The notes under the pieces are model-generated. The model worked only from the letters and a program-made list of their open reading frames with translations. It was not told the DNA's origin and made no database searches. From the NCBI RefSeq assembly GCF_009914755.1, contig NC_060930.1: a stretch of 64,000 nt of DNA; one strand, given 5' to 3'. This stretch comes from the human T2T-CHM13v2.0 reference genome, Homo sapiens. A program made the position numbers and the translations under genes. This document shows, piece by piece, positions 27,020-42,041 of this stretch (within the stretch, counting starts at the first letter, position 1; each line of letters starts with the position of its first letter).

Positions 27020-27218
27020 TACTCCCAATAAGCCAGCGCCCTGCCACCTTAGCAGCAATCATGTATATACTCAACAACATTTCCATCTCACGCACCGGCA
27101 CTGATGCCAGCCAGTGCTCCCAATAAGCCACCGCCCTGCCTTTCTTAGCAGCAATCACGTACACTCAACAACATTTCCATCTCACGCACCAGGCACTGAT
27201 GCCAGCCAGTGCTCCCAA
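27020..27218. repeat. ~97-bp tandem duplication (2 copies)
   Basis: ctcccaataagcca...actgatgccagccagtgctcccaat is present twice. Confidence 0.85.
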
Positions 27219-27804
27219 TGGACAGTCCTGGAGAAGAGATGCCTAAGTCGATTGTCAAATTTCTCTAACTTCTTTACTGTTGTCTTCAACACAGTCACAA
27301 TGGTTTAAAAGATAACATCATTATTTTGATGTATTTTAATGTTTCCAATTTAAAATTTCCAATTTGTGATTTTAAAAACTTTTTGATAATAATGTTTTTT
27401 AAAAATTATGCTTCCAAGAAAGAAAATAAACAACAAACAATTATTTTCATTCCAATTTGGCCATCTGTATAGAAATAAGGTCATCAAACTATCATTAGAA
27501 CATCTATCCAAGTGACTCTGGATAACTAGGTTCAGACAAATTAATTTTTTTTAGCTCTTTTCAAATGGATGGCAGGACAGGTGGCAAACTGACATTCCTT
27601 TATATTACTGAACCACAACTTGTCAAATGGGGGCAAAATAAATGCCAAGTAAATAACTAATTTTAAAAAACCTCTTAATTCCTAGGAGAAGTATTAACAC
27701 AAAAAAGAAAACTACAAATGAAACAGGATATACTGTCACCTGAAACAGAAGGACAGCCTGTGTCTCCAGGACTTGTTAGCGAGGGCTTCCAAGCCACACA
27801 TGCG

Positions 27805-27956
27805 CACACCATGCCCAGCTAATTTTTTTATTTTTAGTAGAGATGGGGTTTCACCATGTTGGCCAGGCTCGTCTTGAACTCCTCACCTTAGGTGATCCAC
27901 CCACCTCAGCCTCCCAGAGTGCAGGGATTACAGGCAGGAGCCACCACACCCAGCCA
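27805..27956 (-). mobile_element. Alu fragment (left arm)
   Basis: tttttagtagagatggggtttcaccatgttggccaggct... Confidence 0.85.
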
Positions 27957-28239
27957 GGAATTTTTAATAATCAAGTTAGTCACCTCACATCCTATATATT
28001 AGGCTTCACTTGTTTGCTCCACTGTTCTCAATAGGATAATCTTATCCTTGACGATTTGATTTTCTATCTATACAGAATAATCGGAAAGACACTGGAAAGA
28101 ACTTTACTGCTACCACTATCTCCTTCCCTGATTTCTGAATTATACCATTCCAGAGTAAGTTAATAATTTCCCCTTACTTAGTAACAAAAAACAAAGTTTC
28201 TGGAGAAGAAACACAACTGAAATAACATTTCAATACACA

Positions 28240-30005
28240 GTAAATTTCAGCAAGATTAGACACAACTGAAGAAACAAGGAACAAAAAGAGAGAGCTGAGG
28301 AGATTACCCCAATCAGTACAGACAATTAAAGATGAGGAGAATAAAAAAGAAAAAAATTAAGAGATGTGAAGAATAGAGTGAGAAGGTCTAACATACACCC
28401 AATAGGAGATCTTAAAGGACAGAAAAGTTTGAATGGAGAAGAAAAAATATTTGAAGAGATAATGGCTTAGAACTTTCCAGAATTGATTAAAGACATCAAC
28501 CAGAGCCAAGGGAACAAACAGGCCAAAAAACATAATAATACCAAGACACATAATAAAAATACAGAACAGAAGAGGCAAATAAAGTATCTAAAAAGGAGCC
28601 AAGGAAAAACCTTACTACATTTTTCTCAGTAATCAAGAGATCAAAGTCCAAACCAAACAAACAAAAGGACTGAACAACATAATCCACAAACCCGATGTAA
28701 TAGACATCTGTGGAATGTGGTATCCAAAACGTAAGGACACGATCTTTTCAACCGAGGTAGGGTTTCAGAAAACTGTCCACATATGAGCTTACAAAGCAAG
28801 CCTCAGCAAACCTAAAAACATGATATTCTCTGACCTCAGAACAATGATGTTAGAAATCTCTAACAAAGAGAAAACTAATTCCAACTGCTCCTCTGCTCCC
28901 TTAGCTTGGAAATTTAAAATCATACTTCTAGCCAAGACTAAAATAGAATATTAAAATTCAAAACTAAAAAAAATGAAGAATAACTAAAATACCACTTGCG
29001 AAAACATGGGAAACACAGCTAAAAAGACACTTAGAGGGAAATTCACAGCCTTAAATGTTCATATTAAAAGACAGAAAGGTTTAGAATTAATGAACTATGT
29101 AAATAAACAAGATTAGAGTCCAAATTACTGCAAGAGAAAGCAAGGATATAACGAGAGAGCACTACTAAAGTCAAAAGTTATTCTCTGAAAAAGACTCTGG
29201 CAAGAAACAAAGAATAAAAATACAAACAAGCGATAGTAAGTACAAAAAATGACCATATCGCAGCTGAGGTTGAAGGAATAAAAATACAAACAAGCGATAG
29301 TAAGTACAAATAAGGACCACATCGCAGCTGAGGTTGAAGTAATAAAACTGTTATAAAACAATTTTACGCCAACAGATTTGAAAATTTAAGCAAAATGGGC
29401 AAAGTCCTAGAAAAATATAGATGACTACGATTAACATGAAGAAATAAAAAGCTGGATGGTTCTATAACCATTAAAGAAATTGGGCCAGTCATTAGCAATC
29501 ATCTCACAAAGAAAATCTGGGCATACGGAAAATACCACTACCAGAGCGTTTTTCTAAATATTCAAAGAATAAATAATTCCAATCTTATGCAAACTCTTTC
29601 AAAGAAGAAAAAGGAATATATTCTTTAATTCATGTTACAAACGAGCATGACCTACATGCTACAACATGGATACATCTCAAAATAATACTGAGTGGGAAAA
29701 CAAAGTCACAGAAAAACACACACCATATAATCTTATTTATGCTAATGTAAAAGTCAAAAAAGGTAATTTCAAACAAAATATTGTTTAGAAACCACACAAT
29801 TCAGAAGTAGTTCTCTATAGGAGAAGGTGGGTGGCATGGCTGTGCAGGGGCACAAGTGGGCATAAGGCCTCTGGGATGCTTTGTTCCTTCAGCTTGGTGG
29901 TGTGGGAGCACCTGGGTTCATTTTATCACTCTCTTACATCCTACATTATGCGATATCTATTCTATTATATGGATAAAATATTTAACATAAAAACATTTAA
30001 AAAGA
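28240..30005 (+). mobile_element. Degraded old L1 fragments
   Basis: L1 ORF1/ORF2-like A-rich sequence, e.g. cttagagggaaattcacagccttaaatg. Confidence 0.7.
29213..29346. repeat. ~64-bp tandem duplication within L1 sequence
   Basis: aataaaaatacaaacaagcgatagtaagtacaaa...gcagctgaggttgaag is present twice. Confidence 0.85.
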
Positions 30006-30924
30006 ATGTACATCTAGAAAAGAAGTGCATCTCCATTAAACTAATCATAATGCAATGTGTGACATGCTGTTCTAGTGCCGAGAACAAGGCATCAAAGGAG
30101 AAAGAAGACGGTACGGAGCACCTTGCACTTCGGGAATGGAGGAGGAGAGGCCCTACAGGCTTAACAAAGGATGAGACATCTGCATCTCAAGTGGGCTTTG
30201 GTGGACGATCAAGATTTTGTGAAGTCCGGATTGACTGAGGAAAAGGCAGTCCTAGAAAAATACAGATGACTACAACTAACAGGAAGAAATAAAAAAGCTG
30301 AATGGTTCTATAACCACTTAAGAAATTGGACCAGTCATTAACCATCACCTCATAAAGAAAATACTGGGCCTAGAGAGTACAACACAAGCTACAGATAAAT
30401 GTTCCTACAACAGAGCACCGTAGTAAGCTGGCATTGAATGTGTACTTATTGAATGAGTGAATGAACAGAGAAAGTATATGAAATGTTCAAGTAAAGATGA
30501 GCAGGTGCCCAGGCTGAATGATAAGGTGTTGGAGTAGGGGGACAAAAAGCCATGAGAGAAAGAGGCAAGAGAGCCAGATGAAAATCCTACACAAACGCCA
30601 GCCTACGGAGCTTAGCTCTTCAGGCAGTACGGAGTCCTGAAACACAGGAGGAGGAAGAACAAGAGGAGCTCTGGGTTTTTGAAAGCCCATCCTGGACACT
30701 CTGGATGATAAGCTGGAGAGTGGAAACGTTTAGACATTAAGCAAAGCAACCGCTAGGAAGGTTCCTACAACACCACGGCTGTCGGATGATGCAAAAGGGC
30801 TAAGCTTGGACAGGAACAGCAAATTAGAGAGGTAGAGAAGGATTTGGAAGATGGTTCAGGGGTTGAGTTGAGAAGAAAGACTTGGCAAAAACCATCATGA
30901 GGAATGATGTCAAGAATAATTCCC

Positions 30925-31420
30925 AGTAATGGATGAATGAATTTTAAAATGTGGTGCATATACACAATAGAATACTACACAGCCTTAAAGAAGAAGGAAA
31001 TTCTGTCATCTGCAACATGGATGGTACTGGAGGACCTTATGCTAAATGAAATAAACCAGGCACGGAAAGACAAATACTGTGATCTCACTTATATGTGGAA
31101 TCTACAAAAGTCATTATCATAGAAACAGAGAGTAGAATGGTAGTTACCGGGGGCTGAGGGCAGAGTGAGGCCAGGAAAGGGGAGGTGTTGATCAAAGGGC
31201 ATGGCATGGTAACCACAGTTAATAATAATGTATTGTGTATTTCAAAAGTGTTAAAAGATTTTTAATGTCCTCAACAAAGGTAAGTTGGTGAGGTGATGAA
31301 TATGTTAATTAGTTCGACTGACTTTTCTATAATGTATGCTTAGGTTGAACATCACATTGTGCACCATAAATATGCATAATTATTATTTGTCAATTAAAAA
31401 TGAATAAATAAAACAGAAAA
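30925..31420 (+). mobile_element. L1 3' end (L1MA/MB-like)
   Basis: atgtggtgcatatacacaatagaatactacacagccttaaagaagaaggaaattctgtcat... ending in an A-rich tail. Confidence 0.85.
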
Positions 31421-32566
31421 AAAGGAGCCATTCCCAAGCTGTGGCTCAGTGATCCACAGTGGCTACTGACTAAGTCAGGGAACACATAAAAGAGAAGCTG
31501 TTTTGAAGGAGGAAGATGACTGGTTAGGCCAGGTTGCTTTGAAATCTCGATGGAAACTTCCAGGGAGGACGTCTGGTAGGAAACAGATCGAAGGTATCAG
31601 AATGACATGCAGGTCAAAAATAAAGAATCTGGGAATCATGGGCATCCGTCAGTGATGGGTGAAGCTGTGGAGGCAGATGAGGTCGTCTACAGAAACTGCT
31701 GAGTATGAAGAGGAAGCAGACAAATCAAATGCTCAGAGAACAGAAATACAGGGGATGGTACCACAATTATCTACATTTTGTTGGCTTGGGTTCAAAGTTT
31801 TTGGCTTAGGAATGCCACACCCTACCCAACTGGAGAACCAGCTGTTTTACTCCTTATTTCCTGCACTTCCCAGCTTTCCAAAGAGATGTGGTGCCTTTCC
31901 TCCGCTCTCTGAAACAGCATCTGGAATGTGAAATCTTATCTTCTTTCTTGCTTTGTGAAACCTTTTCTCAGGTACTTTCTGTATTGGGGAGGTAGCACTT
32001 TGTAAATGACAAGGTCTCTGAGTCCTTCTGATGGGGTATCTCTCTAAGTATGTATGTTTATTCTTTCCCTTCCTGTTTGAACAAGAAACTCAAGGCAGCC
32101 AAATAGGGTCAAAAATTAGGATCAGTGTTTTGAAAGCAGAAACACATCTGATCAACTTATAATTTCTGTCTGTAAGATCTTAAACTCTGAAACAGATTAA
32201 GTTACAACTTATTTATTATATAAAATAGCCTGTAAACAAAATTTAGCTGATTTTGTTTATACGTATAACACAAGGAAAATGAAACACATATATATAGAGA
32301 TAATACAGCAGTGAAGACACAAAACTGTACTCACTCACATCTAGGTATTCAAATGGTTTCCAACTTGAAATTTAGTGATATTCAAATAAGCTACAATAAT
32401 CAAACATGTAAAATACAGTACATGCAGTTAAAGCAACGCAAAACTCTAGAATCAGCTGCTCAGCATAAAGGAACTTCCCTGGACATATAAGAAAAAGGAG
32501 CTGCCCCTCCACACCTTTCACGCCGGAGTTTCTGAAAGAGATTTACAGGCTTAAAATAAAACTTCA

Positions 32567-32878
<312 letters not shown>

Positions 32879-34195
32879 CTTCAATTAAAAATTTAATGCC
32901 AGCCATGTTTAATGTCTACAGGCTTCGTCAGGTGAAAATCTGGAAGTATACAAATTCTGAATTAGATGCTTATTTTTAAAGACTGGGACAGATTAAAAAA
33001 GTATTTTATATATGTAAAAGCACTCCCTGGAATTATGTAATTATACCTACCACAATAAAATTATACGCTGAAGTTTATTAACCATACAACTCTGGTTTTC
33101 CTTTCTCAAAGGTATGAAAGAATTTGGTTGGTGGCAAATTTGGTTTGCACACTTAAATTGCAACTTATTTGCAACATGTATCTTAACTCTCTAAGAGCCT
33201 TCAAAATTAGTTCTTCTAGAATATAAACAGTCAATAACAGAAGAAAAAGCGCTAACCTCCTAAATAGAAAAAGGCATGCAAATTAAAATACAATGAAAGC
33301 CTATTTTAACCTATCGAATTAAACATCGTAATTAAAAAGATGACAGAAATGTGATGAGATCAGCTTCCAAAAAGCTATCTGGCAATATTTACCAAGTACC
33401 TCTGGGGCTGTGAATCTACTTCAGGATTCTATCGTGAGGAAGTAATTAGACATGTGATCAAAGATTATCTTCACTTCTCAGTAACAACAACAAAAATTAA
33501 AAATAACCTTAAGGTTACTAGTATGGGAGAGGTTAAAAATACTACGTATACCCACATTAACAAATGTTATAAAGCCATAAGACACATTTTACAAAAATAT
33601 TAAATAAAAATGGAAAAGTACTCATGATAGAATATATTCAGTAGAAAAATACAATGTCAAATGAATTCAGAAAAATGTTTCTTTTTTTCTCAAATTCCTT
33701 TTCACCATGTTTCATATTTTTATAACATATAGATAGGATATATAAAGTCATGGTTACTATAAATATTAAAATCGTAGTGTCTACCTTTGGTTGGTGCATT
33801 ATAGATTATTTTAATTTTTATTTTTTTTTAGACTTCCCAATATTTTTTCTTTTTAAGAATAACGGTTGGATCTTACTTTTATAAGTTGAAAAAAAAATGC
33901 ATGACTGGAAAAAGACATCTCCAGGACTTGAGCAAAAGCTAAATGGTACAGGCAATACTAATGAAAATGCATGCACATGGCAGGACGCTCCCTGTTGGCA
34001 CATACTTCTGGATTCAGACAGCACCGAGTCCACCAAAGGTTTATAACGGGGCTTATTTTTAAGGAGGAACAATGTAGAAGAAGATGATTTGGATACCCTG
34101 ATCTCATGAATTATCATTCAATGTGGTTTCATAAAGGCCAAAACAATGTACACTAATCAACCAGCTTCAGGTCCTATTTTCATTTCTTTGGTGTG

Positions 34196-34629
34196 CAGGT
34201 GACCCTTGAACACCACGGGTCTGAACTATGTGGGTCCACTTATACACGCATTTTCTTCTGCCTCCGCCACCCCTGACACAGCAAGACCAACCCCTCCTCT
34301 TGCTCTTCCTCAGCCTAGTCCACATGAAGATGAGGAGGATGAAGACCTTCATAATAATTATTCACTTCCACTTTATGAATAGTGTTAATATATTTTGTCT
34401 TCCTAATAATTGTCTTAACATTCTCTTTTCTCCAGCTTACTATATTACAGGAATACAGTATGCAATAGATAAACAAAATACATGCTGATAGGCTGTTTTA
34501 TTCATAAGGCTTCCAGCCAACAGGAGGCTACTAGTAGTTAGGTTTTGGGGTGGTCAAAAGTTACACTTAGATTTTCGACTGCACAGGGGGTTGGCACCCC
34601 AACCTCTGAGTTGTTTAAGGGTCAACTGT
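34196..34629. mobile_element. Tigger2a/MER28-like DNA transposon
   Basis: Terminal inverted repeats caggtgacccttgaaca... and ...tgtttaagggtcaactg, about 434 bp apart. Confidence 0.8.
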
Positions 34630-36874
34630 ATTATCATGAGACCAGTTTTATTCTTTAAGATGCATGGTGCTGGACCAGAAAGCATTCCGGATTTAGAATG
34701 AGAAAATGTAATTTTGAGTCCTGCCTTGCTGTGCTCTTACAGGTCAAGTCCTTGACCTCTCTGGGTATCTTTCCCTATGAAGATTATGGAGCTGATGATA
34801 CCATTCCTGATTTCATGCACCAAATAAAAGTGTATGTATAAAATCATTCTAGCTTCAAATGTCACTGATCATTACATTTTAATAATCCCCTAAAAACATT
34901 TATTTGTCTCCTGTTCCTATATTAAGACTAATTTATCTCCATGTTTCAAGGTGAGGAACAGGTGAAGGGAATGAAAAACTGGCCGTTTAATGCCTTTCCT
35001 GGCGTAAGTACCAGTAAGAAAGCAGGAGGAAATATCCCCGGAGGAAACACTTGGCCTGCCCTGGCTCACACCAGAGGAGTCTGAGAGAAGGTCTCACACC
35101 CAGTGACATGAGGTCCCCCTATGAGAGACCCTCATCTTCAAGTGCGGAAACAGAGAGGGAATGAATAAGCCATCCACTGTGACCTGTGCCCTGTGACTCT
35201 TCTGGGATCGATGCCCCTAGAATTATTTGTCTTTTGGAGGGAAAACTATGAAAAACAGTGGCAGAGTCAGCAGACCTTTCCCTTTGATGCCAGAAATAGA
35301 CTTTACTTGGTTGGAATCATGAAATTAACAGATTCACAAATGAATAAAATCAGTGCAAATGTTATCATCTAAATCTAGTTTACTATCTATTCATTCTAAA
35401 CACAACTGAATTTCAAAATATTCAAGACGGTCGATGAAAAAAAAATCCAAATTCTGAGTGGGAAAGAGCCTACCATTTATACTGCTAAATCTCCAGATCC
35501 TTTGTATTATCTTGGTCTCAAAATGATCTGGACAAAGACAAGGAAGGATATGAAAAAATCTTTTTAAGAATTAATTTAATTCTACTTCTTAGTGATATAA
35601 AGTGAAGCAACAGTTCCTACTTAGTACTGCAAAAAACCTAGAGAAAACCAAACTTGCTTCTTTTACATGCAATTCCTAATCATTTCACATATTTTAAAAT
35701 GATAAATAACATTTCTCCAATAAATATATTCATGTCATTGTTGTTATATAAAAACAAAGCAACCACCTTCTACAAATAGCCACTTTTTTACTGCAAGATA
35801 GCACCTTGCAATTCTTAACACAAAAATTTCTGGAAATAAACTAGACATTTGGCCCCAAAGGCTTAAGTCACGACATTTCTCATCAGGATGATTAATCTTT
35901 ACAAAAAGGCAGGAAAACAAGACAGGGCCGCCCACTTTGACATTTTCACTCTTTGAAAAAAAAATCCCAATGTAGTTCACGAACTGGAACCACCATTTAT
36001 AAAAAGTAGGTAACCCTGAGTGCGTGTTGATTATAAGATTAACCAGATCATTATCGTTCTCATTCTTTGCATTGAGAAAACTGTACTGACATTAAAAAGT
36101 GGTACTAGCATAGTTTTACTGAGAAATCTGATAAACCTTTGCCCAGGAACCAATCAACCTTAATAACAAGGTTACTTCATTTTTTCCTTTTCTGCTTAGT
36201 TGAAAAAAATATAAACAACAAAGTGTAACATTAAAAAGAAAACTCACTCCATTAATTTCTACTGGACTCCCTTTTGCCCAATCTTTCTGCGTGCAGTGAT
36301 TGGAGAGTGGGGAGGACATATTTTTCAGGTAGGATGCAGAGCATCCTGCAGCTGTTCTGAGCCAGCGGCTGTGTGTGCACGCGTGCATGCACAAAGCAGC
36401 AAAGCAAAAGCATCCTTGAGGTCATACAGAAAGGGAGAGAGGAAGGAGAGGTGTGAATACGCAGGAAGAGGTTTTTCTGCAGGCTCAGGGAGTTTGCTGC
36501 TGGCTGTATCTAAAGCGTTCACCTAAAAGGAGTCAAATATGAGATAATTCTGAAAGATCTGGGTTTGCTGCCTTTCCCTCCTCATTTTCTTCCCTCACTT
36601 TTGAACAGCTCAGGTGAGGAGTAAACCAGCTGTAACCTTGAGGGAGCTCTGCTCTAGAGAAAAGAAAAGGGTATTAAATTAACCATTCAAGGTGAACCAT
36701 GGGAAGGAAGGGAATCATCCAAAGCTTTAGCAGGGTGAAGGCGGGGAAGCAGTGTGGCTGTGGGGGCGGCACGCAGAGGGAATGGGCACTGCTAGCAGAA
36801 CACAGGCTAGGAAACAGCTTGAAAACTGAGCTGGTAAAACCACCGACTTGTGCGTTTTACATGAACTCGCTTAC

Positions 36875-36991
36875 CTGTGTGATTTTTTCTATTCCCTGGA
36901 AGTTGTGCTTTTCAAAATGTTCTGCGATATTTAGGAAGGTGTGACGTTCTAGATAGCAGCAATTACTTAGGACTATCAAAAGGCGCTGTTC
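36875..36991 (-). CDS. EXOC2: EXOC2 coding exon, 117 nt, [39 protein letters not shown]
   Basis: Acceptor ttttgcttttAG, donor CAG|gtaagc, phase 0 to 0. Confidence 0.97.
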
Positions 36992-39900
36992 CTAAAAGCA
37001 AAACAAATGTTTAGAAAATCACCTTTATGGTGCCAGAGAGAATAGCTGATTAACACTTGTCAAGTTTAATTATAATCTCTGCTCTTTAACGTCAATATCC
37101 AATGCTTTGCTTTTCTTGGCTGCTTCTTTCCCAATATTATAACATAAAGAGAAACACAGTAAAATCCTGCAACTCTACTATTTGCTTATAATTACATGCA
37201 ATATACTAAAGAATCAAATATTTCCTTTAAGACTTAACAGCTTGGATGGAAAAACAGATTGAGAAAATTCCATTAACTAGGATCAGCTGGGAACTGGGAT
37301 CAGTGTTGCTTATGAAAAGTGTTCTACTATATTGTTTACTTAATACTTTGTATACAAGAAAAGGCTACAGGAATATTTTTAATAACTAATTACATTTAAA
37401 ATGTAGAAACTATTATAAAGTAGTTTATAAATTTTTATAACCTGGAACAGAATTACACTGCCATATATCTGTATGATGGGCTCCTTTAAATACCTTAGGG
37501 CATTAAGAATTGCTTGTGTTTGCAGAAGAAAACAAGGAATAATCTCCCTCTAATGGGGAGTGAGGGTCACTGAGGGTGGAGGACTCCACCTTAGGACACG
37601 GTCAGTGTTGCCAAGAGGAAGGGGTACAAGCCAGTTACTTCTACATTCTCCAGGGTTCTGTCCACCTAAAGTAATTTCTTACGAAAACTACCAGACACAA
37701 ATGCTGATAAACACAGTGTCCTTTCACAGTTCAAGACTACCTGGTAAATAAAATTCCAGGAATTGCCCTTTTGCTGCTGGTGCGGTTCACCGAGGCACCC
37801 AACCTGTGCTCCCGCAGGCAGGCGGGCCTTCTCTGGAACAACTTTGACTAATCTAGAGCCTTGAGTTAGATCCTTTGACTAAACCTTTGGCAAAAAACAC
37901 TTTCCATCACATACTCTGCATGCTCTTTCTGTGCATAACCAGAATAACTTACAGGAAAGTAATTCGATATAGTCAATGTGGAAAGAGCTTCCTATTTTTT
38001 TGGATATGTGAAAAAAGATAACATCCTTGAATTTAGTCACCAAGAGTATTTTATATCTCCCAATAATTTCATTCAGCTCAGCAGTTTCCAAAAACTTTCT
38101 AGATTCTTTTATTTTGAATGTTCCCATCTTTATTTCTGGCAGAGTGTGTAGCCTATTCACTACCTGTTTCTAGTCATCAACAAACATAAGTAAAAGGCCT
38201 AGGGAGTATTAAAGGATCTTCAAACAAGCGAACGGCCTTGAGTTACTCTATGGCTAGGAAATGGGGTATAAGACAAGGTAAATAGGGTTGTATTATGTAT
38301 GATACTCCTCCACGTTTCGTGAATAAACGGCCAGAAGGAAAACAGTGAATAAGCACTGGAAACTCGCCCAGGTGAGGGAGGGACGAGGACGCTACATTCC
38401 CCTCCAGTCCCCGGGCCTGGAGTCACCATGACGCAGTCCCTGTAAGGACAAGGAGTAAGTAAACCTCACATTTCATCAGCTGCCTTCAACATGCTGTTCG
38501 CCTCAAAAACGTCAGCTGGTTGCTCAGTTTTGAAAATCAATCCTTAGTTACTTTTTCCTTCCAGAGTCAAGTCTCCTTATCTAGCAGACCTGAGCCTGCC
38601 ACATCTTCTCTGCCCTGTAAATTCTCTTTGTTTTTCTCACTGTAATTTGCATGACTCTTAAAAAACAGAAAAGCTATTTGAGTGATTTAAAGTCTTCCTC
38701 CTATAAGTACATTTGTTGCTCAAATGTAATCATTCAGATGCAATAAAAGTGGAAAGAAAAACTGAACAGCACAGACTCTGGACCGTGGATGACTAGTCAA
38801 AAGCTTATTAACAACTAAGATGGAGACGCACGTTTGAAAACAACGCCGCCCATCAAATGTAGCACGTGCAGGTGATGAATATGGTCTTAGATTATTTCAG
38901 TGATCCCCCACGTTCCGTTCAGGAGAACCCGCTCAGTGATGTGCCTGAGGTCACACAGGATGCGAACCAGTGTCTTCTGACTCCGAATCTAGATACCTTC
39001 CTTACCACAGCTGCTTCCCTTCTGGATAACAGAACAAGACCCTAAGAAGATCGCACCAAATCTGATGAGATAGCTTTCAATGGAGAATACAGAGGAACTG
39101 AATTTGGTCACAAAAAAACACTGGAGACTAAGGCAGGAGAGAGGAGGCCCTGCAACCTGCAGAGACACATGTGAGGTGCCTGGGGGGATAGCTGAGAATA
39201 GGCTCAATGTGAGTCAGCTGAGAGCTGCCGCGTCACAGGGAGTCCAGGGCTGACTCTTGTGCTCCACCCACTGGAAGAGGCACAAGAGCAGGACCACCCC
39301 AAGTGCAGGGACACAGCACACCAGGAGGGAGTGCCTGAGGATTCAGAGTGCCAGCAAGGGGAAGACTCCAGCAGTCTCCATTCGGGAGGCCCTCTCCTGC
39401 AGCCCTGTCTCCACAGGACTCCCCTAGCCTGCCGCATTTCCATGCTCCACAAGCCCCTCAGCCCTTGGGGCTGCTAAGCATTCCTTTGTTTAAATGGGAT
39501 TTTCCATCCCTCTCAGGAGTGCTGCTCTATCTGGATTTCCTTCTGTCTCTCTGATTAACCCTTTTCAGGGCAAACTGAGGCTCTCTGCTACTGGTGAGCC
39601 CATAAATACTGGCACCCTCAACATTATTTTTATATATTTGGCCCTTCTCTCATTCAGTGAGGGTAGGGTTCCCCAGCTTCCCTCGCTTTCTCTCCGCGCC
39701 CTGTTGGAGGAGCACAGAGTGCCTTGGCGGCTCTGACTGGGCCAGCTGACTGCCTTCCCCTGCAGGCTTGCACCCAAGTGGGGACCATGACCTCCCAGGC
39801 ACCGATGAAGCTCTTTAAGCTATAGCAGAAAACACAGAGATCAACCACGTTGCTAAATAGCAGAAATCAGCCCCGCCCTGAGGCAAATGCTTTAAACCCT

Positions 39901-40517
39901 CCCATGAAGTCCACACCCAGGCCCCCTCACTGCCGACATACCTAGGCAGGACGTCGCTCCCTGCTTTTCCTTGTGAGGACCGAGTGCCGCCCCCTCTGTG
40001 TGTCGTTCCCTAATGCTTTGCACTGATGACCCTGCATTTCATGCTTCTTGCTTTGGAAGGCCAGCTGACCTCATTTTGGGGTGGCTCGGGATGGCCCGCC
40101 ACCACTCTTGGGGCGACTCCACCTGCAATTCTGGGTGAACAGAAGAACCAGCATTTTTCTTTTGTTCAGCCAGAATTCTTGGTGTTCTTATCTACTCCCA
40201 GGCCTTATATATTGCTTATATACTGCTGATTCACAAATCTGTATCTAGATTTCTCTCCTGGGATCTAAACAAGGACATTCAATCACCCACTGGATATCTC
40301 TACCTGTATGTCACCCATTCAACAACAACAAAAAAAACCCAGGTTCTCGTGAGCCTGTGTTTTCCCTGAATTTCTGTCTCAGTGAATGGTATCATTCTCT
40401 ACCTAGTCATCCAAGGAATTGAATCTAGAATAATTTTTTAAATTACTTTGACCAAACTATATTTTTTCTAATATACCAAATCCCTTATTTAGGTATTCAT
40501 ACTTACATATATAGTAG

Positions 40518-40915
<398 letters not shown>

Positions 40916-41087
40916 AGAAAGGGTTATTTTATTTATGATAGCTAGAGTTTGAGTTTCAACAGATGAATTTATACACATGATAATATATGTTTGTGAATCT
41001 CCTTAAATACATGTATACATTTTAAAAAGTGTGTGTGTATATATACATATGTATATATGCAGTGTATGCATACATCTGTTTGTGTAT

Positions 41088-41118
41088 AAGTGTGTGTGTG
41101 TGTGTGTGTGTGTGTGTA
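41088..41118. repeat. (TG)n microsatellite
   Basis: Direct reading of the sequence. Confidence 0.9.
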
Positions 41119-41554
41119 TCTATTTGAGGCTGTGCTCAAATAAAAGGCTACGATGGAACTTATAGAAATAAAACAGAGAAAAGCAGAACTACTCTGGTTG
41201 AAGAGGCAGGAGCCGTGAGGGGGTGGGCATCCTTGTCCTCTGCCTGCTCCCCAACCCACCCTGGCAACTCTCAAGCACCAGGAACTATAAGGGCACCCAT
41301 TTAACACTCGGAAACCACACAGATGCAGACAGTATATGGAATGACTGACACTGCAACTCCAGCTAAAAGTGTTAATTGTGAAATTCATATAAATTATACT
41401 TTCCTGAAAATTTCACATAATAGAGCTCCAAAGCACAGCACAGTGTCCTATACCACGTGCTATAGCAAGGATGCAGGAACACAGTCATTAGATTTGCGAA
41501 ATTGTTGTTACACAGTTTTAAAATGGTTTACTTTCTAGTTATCGTCTGACTTAC

Positions 41555-41621
41555 TGAGGTCAAGCTGAAGTCTTCATGGATACTTCCAAACAAGTCAGGG
41601 GAAGAAACATCAACAGAGAGA
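41555..41621 (-). CDS. EXOC2: EXOC2 coding exon, 67 nt, LSVDVSSPDLFGSIHEDFSLTS
   Basis: Acceptor tatgttcAG, donor TCA|gtaagt, phase 2 to 0. Confidence 0.97.
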
Positions 41622-41746
41622 CTGAACATAGAAGCAAGTAGGAACAGTTACAAATAAAGCACTCAAATTCAAAAATGCAATGAACTATACGCAAATTTAA
41701 ACGTGCAATGAATTATATGGAAAACATTTGGTGAAAGTCACATAAC

Positions 41747-42041
41747 TTTTTTTTTTTTTGAGATGAAGTCTTGCTCTTGTCCCCCAGGCTGGAGTGCAAA
41801 TGGCGCGTTCTTGGCTCACTGCAACCTCCTCCTCCTGGGTTCAACCCATTCTTCTGCCTCAGCCTCCTGAGTAGCTGGGATTACAGGCGCCCGCCACCAT
41901 GCCTGGCTAATTTTTATATTTTTAGTAGAGACAGGGTTTCACCATGTTGGCCAGGCTGGTCTCAAACTCCTGACCTCGTGATCCGCCTGCCTCGGCCTCC
42001 CAAAGTGCTGGAATTACAGGCATGAACCACCATGTCCGGCC
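41747..42041 (-). mobile_element. Alu (AluS family)
   Basis: Poly-T followed by reverse-complement Alu dimer. Confidence 0.93.
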
